Source of the DNA: a virus | Direction: 5' to 3' (one strand) | Length of the DNA: 39,311 nt | Virus record (IMG/VR): IMGVR_UViG_3300029713_000019 | Shown here: positions 33,803 to 39,311 of the stretch, in pieces | How positions within the stretch are numbered: position 1 is the first letter of the stretch | Layout: each line of letters begins with the position of its first letter | The notes under the pieces: model-generated | Seen by the model: the letters and a program-made list of their open reading frames with translations, nothing else | What the model was told of the DNA's origin: nothing | Database searches by the model: none | Translations under genes and position numbers: made by a program

Positions 33803-34717
33803 CTAATGATCATAGTAATCTGCTAACAGTTCAACACACTTTCTTTTTAGTTCAAGTTGAGGATGAACATATAAATTCATTGTGATTGACACATTTGAGT
33901 GTCCTAAAAGCTCAGATAGGCTTTTGTAGTCGCATCCACATTCAATGCATCTTGTAGCAAACGTATGTCTTAGCGAATGGAACTTTCTATGTGGTAAATC
34001 TAGATCCTTAAGTTGACGATTGTAATAGAGCCTGTATTTATTAGGTTCTATATATTTTTCTTTTCCTGTAATGATATATTCGTTTTCTGATCCACGCAAT
34101 AGTACAGCGTATTGCATGATCCACTTATTTAAAGGAATCGTGCGTATGCTAGAACGTGTCTTAGGTGGTGTGATATTCAGTTTTGATCCATCTTCCTTAG
34201 TGTATGTTCGTATCATCGTTTTATTAATATGTAAAAGTTGAGTGTCGAAATTAATATCAGACCATCTAAGAGCACAGAGCTCACCTATACGCAAGCCGGT
34301 GTGAATTGTGAGCAATATGCCAAAGTTCTTATGACAGATATTAGATTGGAGGGAATTAATCAATGCTACTTGATCTGATTTTTCAAAAATCTCTACCTCC
34401 TTAGACGGAGAATAAGGAAGCTGTATTTCTACTTCTTTTCCTAAAGTAAGTTTTAATACAGTGATAATGTCTTGAGCGTATTTTTGAGAAATACCTCCTT
34501 TTCCATCGCATCGACCTTCCTTTAATCGATTCAAAATGAATTCTTGAAGTATGTCATTATTCAATTGATCTACTTCATAATTTCCAAGATTAGGAATGAT
34601 TTGGTTGTGTGAGATATTACAGTAGTTTGTAAATGTAGAATATTTCAGATAAATCTTTTGGTTTTTTAACCAGTCTAAAACTAGATTTTTGTATAGCATG
34701 AGAGCACTTCCTTTCAT
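33803..34717 (-). CDS. tyrosine recombinase (Rci/shufflon-type DNA invertase candidate)
   Basis: Catalytic motifs HSLRHTFAT and LGHSNVSITMNLYVH (R-H-R-Y); convergent with and abutting the cassette array, the arrangement of rci next to the R64 shufflon. Confidence 0.8.
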   Translation of the reverse strand: MKGSALMLYKNLVLDWLKNQKIYLKYSTFTNYCNISHNQIIPNLGNYEVDQLNNDILQEFILNRLKEGRCDGKGGISQKYAQDIITVLKLTLGKEVEIQLPYSPSKEVEIFEKSDQVALINSLQSNICHKNFGILLTIHTGLRIGELCALRWSDINFDTQLLHINKTMIRTYTKEDGSKLNITPPKTRSSIRTIPLNKWIMQYAVLLRGSENEYIITGKEKYIEPNKYRLYYNRQLKDLDLPHRKFHSLRHTFATRCIECGCDYKSLSELLGHSNVSITMNLYVHPQLELKRKCVELLADYYDH

Positions 34718-34747
34718 GCTTTTTATTTTATAGAAAGAGGTAAGAAT

Positions 34748-35497
34748 ATGAGTGAAGAAGTTAAGAACAATGAAGAGATCTATAATGATGATCCAATCTA
34801 TGAAGAACCTTCAAAAAACATCAAAATCGGTGATCTAGATATCACACTTTGCAATGAATTGATCCAGGAAATCAATGATAATCTAAACATCACATTTGTT
34901 TGTGAATCTGAAATCGATGTTATTCAAAATGCGTTCGAAGCAAACAAGAATCCTATCGTGTATGGTGATGATTCTTATAATGGTTATACCATTATTGATG
35001 AATTTGGTTATAAGGTAGATAAACAAGATAAAACTATTTATCGCATTACTTTATCCAAACCAGAAGGAGAAGAACCGGAAGGTGGCTTAACACAAGAACA
35101 GGCATTTGCCATTGCATATGCAATTCCTTTGATGACAAATGATCAAATCTTACAATGTGTATCTGTATTGACTGAATGGAAAGAATTCATTGGTGGAAAG
35201 ATGGAAGCTAACCAAAGATTCCAATTCAATAAAGAGGCATGGGAATCAAGACAAGAAATTCCGGTTGTTTTAGAAGGGCAAGAACCTGGAATCAACACTG
35301 CAGCACTATATCAGAGAATTGAAAGTTCACATGCAGGAACCAAAGAAGATCCTATTCCATATTCACAATTGATGTGCGTATATAAAGATAAATATTATAC
35401 AGAAAATGGAGTCTTATACCTTTGTTTAGAAGATAGTGAACAGCCTCTATACGCATCATGCGAATCCGTCCCACGTTATCTTCAAAAAGCTGAATAG
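34748..35497 (+). CDS. hypothetical acidic protein
   Basis: 249-aa ORF with AAAGAGGTAAG RBS. Confidence 0.5.
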   Translation: MSEEVKNNEEIYNDDPIYEEPSKNIKIGDLDITLCNELIQEINDNLNITFVCESEIDVIQNAFEANKNPIVYGDDSYNGYTIIDEFGYKVDKQDKTIYRITLSKPEGEEPEGGLTQEQAFAIAYAIPLMTNDQILQCVSVLTEWKEFIGGKMEANQRFQFNKEAWESRQEIPVVLEGQEPGINTAALYQRIESSHAGTKEDPIPYSQLMCVYKDKYYTENGVLYLCLEDSEQPLYASCESVPRYLQKAE

Positions 35498-35502
35498 AAA
35501 GA

Positions 35503-35976
35503 GTGAGGTTAATGAAAAAAATGAAGATGTTTGATTTTATGGACGCATATAATTCACTTTTAGGAGCGATTATTGCATTCTTAACGATGATTTTCGGTGA
35601 ACATTGGTTTTTGTTCGCTTTTTTCTTGGTTTTAAACGTCATCGACTGGATCACTGGTTGGATGAAATCAAGAATGGCCGGAAAAGAGAATAGTGTCAAA
35701 GGCTGGCAGGGAGTTCTTAAAAAATTAGGATACTGGTTGATGATCGCCTTTGGCTTCGGTATTGCAGCGTGTCTGATTGAAGTAGGTTCTACGATTGGTA
35801 TTGATCTGCAGGTCACTACGGTGCTTGGATGGTTTGTCCTGGCTTCATTAATTGTTAATGAAGCAAGATCAATCATTGAAAACTTTGTCGAAGCTGGATT
35901 CAATGTACCTATGGTATTGCAGGAAGGATTGGAAGTTGCAGATAAATTGATTAATAAAGAAAATGAGAGCGAATAA
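35503..35976 (+). CDS. holin (phage_holin_4_1-like)
   Basis: Three hydrophobic helices, motif VLNVIDWITGWMKS, charged C-terminus; directly upstream of the endolysin. Confidence 0.7.
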   Translation: MRLMKKMKMFDFMDAYNSLLGAIIAFLTMIFGEHWFLFAFFLVLNVIDWITGWMKSRMAGKENSVKGWQGVLKKLGYWLMIAFGFGIAACLIEVGSTIGIDLQVTTVLGWFVLASLIVNEARSIIENFVEAGFNVPMVLQEGLEVADKLINKENESE

Positions 35977-36004
35977 TCGCTCTTTTCTTTAGGAGTTTAA
36001 AATT

Positions 36005-37501
36005 ATGAACTATATCGATTTTAAAAATCAAGTATTAGGACGTGCCTATGATCTAGATGGGTATTATGGAGCCCAGTGCTGGGACGGTGCAATGTACTAT
36101 CTAGAACGATTGGGATACAGTCGCATCCATTGTTCAACATCCGGTTATGTTAAAGACATTTGGAACAATCGTGCATCGAATGGTATCTTGAATTTCTGCG
36201 ATGAAGTCAGCGTGATGCAACCAGGAGACATTGCAGTGTTCTTTGAATGTTCTGCGACTCCTTATTCTCATATTGCAATCTTTGACAGTGATGCAGGTGG
36301 AGGATATGGTAATTTCTTAGGCCAGAACCAAGGAGGCGCTGGTGGAGCTTTTAACATCGTAAGGCTTCCATACAGTGCTACATTCGCTACTGCCTTCAGA
36401 CCTAAATGTTTCAGTGGTGGTGGAAGTGCATCCGATAGTTATGATCCAAGCATGCTGATACCTGAAATTGGCGTTGCTACTTTTAGAAACGATATTCCAA
36501 TCACAGTGCATCGTGATAGTCCAACTGGTCCTGCTTTTGGCGCAATGTATAAAGGAGAAGTCCAACAGTATGATTACAAATTAGTTGGATTTGGGCATCG
36601 TTATATCTCATGGAAATATGACAAAGACCCAAGCATTCGTGTCTTTGCAGCAGTATCACCTACCGAAGCTAGACCAGCTGAAGGCAGTGATGATCAATGG
36701 GCAACTTTTAGTGAAGTAAAGGAAGAGAATCCATCTGTTCCGGTTGATCCAGAAAGACCGGATGAAGAACCGGAGAAACCGGATTTCTCTGAAAAGGTAA
36801 AACATTGGGGTTGTGATATTTCGGAACATCAAGGAGACTTTGATGTATCGAAGTATGAATTTGTAATCATTCGTGCAGCATATGGTACGAATGAGGATAA
36901 ATACTTCTTAAAAAATGTAGAAAAATGTAGAAAAGCTAACATTCCATTTGGTGTGTATCTATATGACTATGCGCTAAATGATGAGCAAGCACTGGAACAA
37001 GCTAGATTCCTTTACAATTTATTAAAAGAACATGATATCGTGCCGGATCTTGGTATCTGGTTCGATATGGAAGATGCAGATGGTTACAAAGGCAAAAATG
37101 GTGTGATGAATAAAGATAGATGCACCAGTTCTTGTAAAATCTTCTGTGAATATTTCAAAGAGCGCGGATATTATGTAGGAATTTACGCATCGGAGAGTTG
37201 GTTTGGAACATATATCGAAGAAACAGGCTATCCTAAATGGATCGCTGCTTGGATCTCAAATGATGGCAATCTAAATGCGGATCGTTCCGAATTATGCGAC
37301 CTATATCAATACACTTCGAATCCAATTGATAAAGATGTAATGTATGTAGAATTTGATGTATTTAAATCAAAACCAATTGAAGTGGAAGATCCAGAAGATA
37401 AACCGGATATTCCAACATTCCCTCAATTCGATACAGAAGCCTTAAATGAATATTTAAAAGTTTGGGCAGAAATCGGTAATCGAATTTTGGGAAAGAAATA
37501 G
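36005..37501 (+). CDS. endolysin: N-terminal CHAP peptidase plus C-terminal GH25 muramidase
   Basis: CHAP (YYGAQCWDG, HIAIF); Pro/Glu-rich linker; GH25 hallmarks (WGCDISEHQGDFD, VIIRAAYG, GVYLYDYA, FDMED). Confidence 0.8.
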   Translation: MNYIDFKNQVLGRAYDLDGYYGAQCWDGAMYYLERLGYSRIHCSTSGYVKDIWNNRASNGILNFCDEVSVMQPGDIAVFFECSATPYSHIAIFDSDAGGGYGNFLGQNQGGAGGAFNIVRLPYSATFATAFRPKCFSGGGSASDSYDPSMLIPEIGVATFRNDIPITVHRDSPTGPAFGAMYKGEVQQYDYKLVGFGHRYISWKYDKDPSIRVFAAVSPTEARPAEGSDDQWATFSEVKEENPSVPVDPERPDEEPEKPDFSEKVKHWGCDISEHQGDFDVSKYEFVIIRAAYGTNEDKYFLKNVEKCRKANIPFGVYLYDYALNDEQALEQARFLYNLLKEHDIVPDLGIWFDMEDADGYKGKNGVMNKDRCTSSCKIFCEYFKERGYYVGIYASESWFGTYIEETGYPKWIAAWISNDGNLNADRSELCDLYQYTSNPIDKDVMYVEFDVFKSKPIEVEDPEDKPDIPTFPQFDTEALNEYLKVWAEIGNRILGKK

Positions 37502-37552
37502 TGACAGAAACACTTAAAAACAACAATTGAATAACTACTTAAACTAACTGTG

Positions 37553-37592
37553 TAAAAAAGCCTGCCTTCTAACGAGGGCAGGTTCTTTTTTT
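37553..37592. terminator. bidirectional rho-independent terminator (GCCTGCC-ttctaacga-GGCAGG, A6 upstream and T9 downstream)
   Basis: Lies between the convergent endolysin (+) and ImmA-like (-) genes. Confidence 0.55.
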
Positions 37593-38137
37593 TATGCTTT
37601 GATGTTTGGAACTGGTCCTATATTATATTCATAGCATTCTTTGATTTCTTCATAACTGAAATCATTCATCAATTCTTGGATGCGTTTCTTCAGCAATTCT
37701 TGATCGCAGTTCACTTCAAAATCTTTTTTAAAAACAACGTTTATGATCAACTTGGAAAAAGCATTGGCATCGATTTCGATTGACTGGTTTTCGTATCCTT
37801 CAATATCTGATCCATTATAATTCAGTATTTCTTCTTTCCATGTTTCTGCCATTGGTTCTTCCCAGGATGGATGCATGATCGATTGGTATTGGTATATGTG
37901 TCTTAATTCATGAGCTAATATGGTATATATCATAGCTTTATCGATCACATTCATATCGATGTATATTTTGTTTTCCTCTACAATGGTGGTAGCTGCAGAA
38001 CTATCTTTCAATTCAAATGATTCTGTCGATACACCATCAATATCTTTGAATCCTCCTTTGTCCACAATATAAATATTTGGTTGATCAATGACCATGAGGT
38101 CACATAGAAAGTTAACGAACTTCTTAATCCTTGTCAT
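37592..38137 (-). CDS. ImmA/IrrE-family zinc metallopeptidase
   Basis: HEXXH motif (ILAHELRHIYQYQ); co-operonic with and overlapping an upstream XRE-type HTH gene, the ImmR/ImmA arrangement. Confidence 0.7.
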   Translation of the reverse strand: MTRIKKFVNFLCDLMVIDQPNIYIVDKGGFKDIDGVSTESFELKDSSAATTIVEENKIYIDMNVIDKAMIYTILAHELRHIYQYQSIMHPSWEEPMAETWKEEILNYNGSDIEGYENQSIEIDANAFSKLIINVVFKKDFEVNCDQELLKKRIQELMNDFSYEEIKECYEYNIGPVPNIKA

Positions 38138-38369
38138 CTTCTATGTCCTCTTTTTCAAAAATTATCAAAGGCTTGTTCTGCTCATCCAGGAAAGCCAGCT
38201 TTGTTCCAGTCACATTTGCCAGAACGATTAGATCTTGTATTTTAAAAGATCCTCTTACATATTTTGTATTAAGAGCTGCTGAATTACTAAGGTTCAATGC
38301 AGCTGCATAATCTTTTGATTTTACATTACTCATTTTTAATAAAGCTCTAATTTTATCTGAAATAATCAT
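38124..38369 (-). CDS. XRE-family HTH transcriptional regulator (ImmR-like partner)
   Basis: HTH-like segment (SKDYAAALNLSNSAALNTKYVRG); 14-nt overlap with the metallopeptidase gene. Confidence 0.55.
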   Translation of the reverse strand: MIISDKIRALLKMSNVKSKDYAAALNLSNSAALNTKYVRGSFKIQDLIVLANVTGTKLAFLDEQNKPLIIFEKEDIEDDKD

Positions 38370-38453
38370 GTTCTCACCTCACATTTAGTATATCTAAAAC
38401 TTTAAAATATTTCAATATAATATAAAAATAATTCAAAATAATATAAAAATGTA

Positions 38454-38481
38454 TTGACAAATTATATCAAAATGATATAAT
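38454..38481 (+). promoter_or_regulatory. putative sigma-A promoter (TTGACA-N16-TATAAT)
   Basis: TTGACA at 38454-38459 and TATAAT at 38476-38481; preceded by two 12-bp direct repeats TAATATAAAAAT (38418-38429 and 38439-38450); divergent from the HTH/ImmA operon. Confidence 0.4.
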
Positions 38482-38511
38482 TATAGTGTAAAGAGGAAAG
38501 GAGGTAAAGAG

Positions 38512-38622
38512 ATGAGCAAGAAAAAAAGATCTAAAATCGATTGGAAGGAATTACTAATATCCTCGATTATAGATCTTATAATTGGTATAGCGTTGATCGC
38601 TATAGAGAAGTTACTCCCCTAA
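38512..38622 (+). CDS. small membrane peptide (36 aa: MSKKKRSKIDWKELLISSIIDLIIGIALIAIEKLLP)
   Basis: AAAGGAGGT RBS 8 nt upstream; basic N-terminus plus one TM helix. Confidence 0.3.
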   Translation: MSKKKRSKIDWKELLISSIIDLIIGIALIAIEKLLP

Positions 38623-38760
38623 CTTCTCTTCCAATTATAACTCATTTTAAGATAATATGTTAGTAAAATTAGGAGTTTTTCTTATAGCGATAGGAATCGC
38701 TAAACTAATCGTTTCAATCATTTTAAAAAACAGAGATAAAAAATAAGGAGGATAAATAAT

Positions 38761-38967
38761 ATGATTAAATTATTTGTAAGTGAAGAAGCAATCCAAGAAA
38801 AGGGAATTTTTGAAGATTATTCATTAAGCGATTTGAAACGAATCGCAGATCCAAATGGCTATGTAAAATTAGATGATGGGTTGTTATTATCCAGAGATGA
38901 TATGGATAATCTATATATAAGCAAAACTGAAGAAGATGAATGTTTCGAAGAAATGAAGCTAGACTAA
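38761..38967 (+). CDS. hypothetical acidic protein
   Basis: AAGGAGGA RBS; stop lies inside the loop of the downstream terminator hairpin. Confidence 0.45.
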   Translation: MIKLFVSEEAIQEKGIFEDYSLSDLKRIADPNGYVKLDDGLLLSRDDMDNLYISKTEEDECFEEMKLD

Positions 38968-38984
38968 ATGGTCTAGCTTTTTTA
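38956..38984. terminator. bidirectional terminator (9-bp stem AAGCTAGAC-taaatg-GTCTAGCTT then T-run)
   Basis: Perfect 9-bp inverted repeat between convergent genes 38761..38967 (+) and 38959..39198 (-). Confidence 0.6.
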
Positions 38985-39198
38985 AATATTCAGATAAATC
39001 GATTTTCTCTCTTGATCCATCGTCTTTGATTCCAAACACTTCTATCCTGTTAATATTATTAGGCCCAATCTTATCTAAAAATAAAGATAGATCTTCAGGC
39101 TTGATTTCAATTTCCAATTTTATCACCTCCTGATTAATAGTGTAGTGATCAAATCTTACAAAATCCTGACATTTTGAGATAAATTTAAAAAAGTACAT
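38959..39198 (-). CDS. hypothetical protein (79 aa), first gene downstream of attP candidate on the minus strand
   Basis: ORF ending 4 nt inside the terminal repeat. Confidence 0.4.
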   Translation of the reverse strand: MYFFKFISKCQDFVRFDHYTINQEVIKLEIEIKPEDLSLFLDKIGPNNINRIEVFGIKDDGSREKIDLSEYLKKLDHLV

Positions 39199-39240
39199 TA
39201 AACTTCACTTGTCCTAATGGACTACTTGAGTTTAATGTAC
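39193..39240. other. candidate attP for the large serine integrase (48-bp imperfect palindrome; second partial copy at 1..46)
   Basis: GTACATTAAACT (39193-39204) and its exact reverse complement AGTTTAATGTAC (39229-39240) flank an inner GTCC-TAAT-GGAC palindrome; the site lies immediately 3' of the serine recombinase gene; size and imperfect dyad architecture are typical of serine-integrase attP sites. Confidence 0.4.
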
Positions 39241-39311
39241 TTTGTAGGGAAAAAATAACAATGGATTATCCACACAGTTAAAGAAGGTAAATATCAAGCG
39301 AATTGTCTTTG
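39195..39311. repeat. second copy of the 117-bp terminal direct repeat
   Basis: Identical to 1..117. Confidence 0.9.

Overview
The window is a complete, circularly closed temperate siphovirus-like phage genome from a low-GC Firmicute: about 39.2 kb unique, with a 117-bp overlap where bases 1-117 equal 39195-39311. Gene order is classical. The lysogeny module is on the minus strand and ends at a candidate attP palindrome: large serine integrase, a membrane protein in the sie position, and a CI-like HTH+S24 repressor. A divergent sigma-A promoter pair follows, then Cro and several small membrane peptides. The early/replication module contains an initiator with an internal iteron array, a DnaB-family helicase, a tyrosine recombinase, a PAPS-reductase-like protein, a Lar-like anti-restriction protein, a dimeric dUTPase, SSB, a lipoprotein and an HNH_3/NUMOD-like protein. 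Then come an ArpU-like late regulator, two tandem tRNA-like elements, and an HNH endonuclease beside a C/G-rich putative cos region. The morphogenesis genes follow: P27-type terS, terL, HK97-type portal/protease/capsid, connector proteins, major tail protein, G/GT chaperone with a -1 slippery site, tape measure, Dit, Tal, a tail-associated CHAP peptidase, and coiled-coil fibres. Next are a holin and a CHAP+GH25 endolysin. The window ends with an ImmA/HTH pair. The most notable feature is a shufflon-like multiple-inversion system at about 32.2-34.7 kb. Six 13-bp TATGTCYTTTACN repeats (four direct, two inverted) delimit six alternative C-terminal MSFT cassettes for a small receptor-binding tip protein, next to a convergent Rci-like tyrosine recombinase. 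All calls rest on sequence motifs read by eye; no database search was run.
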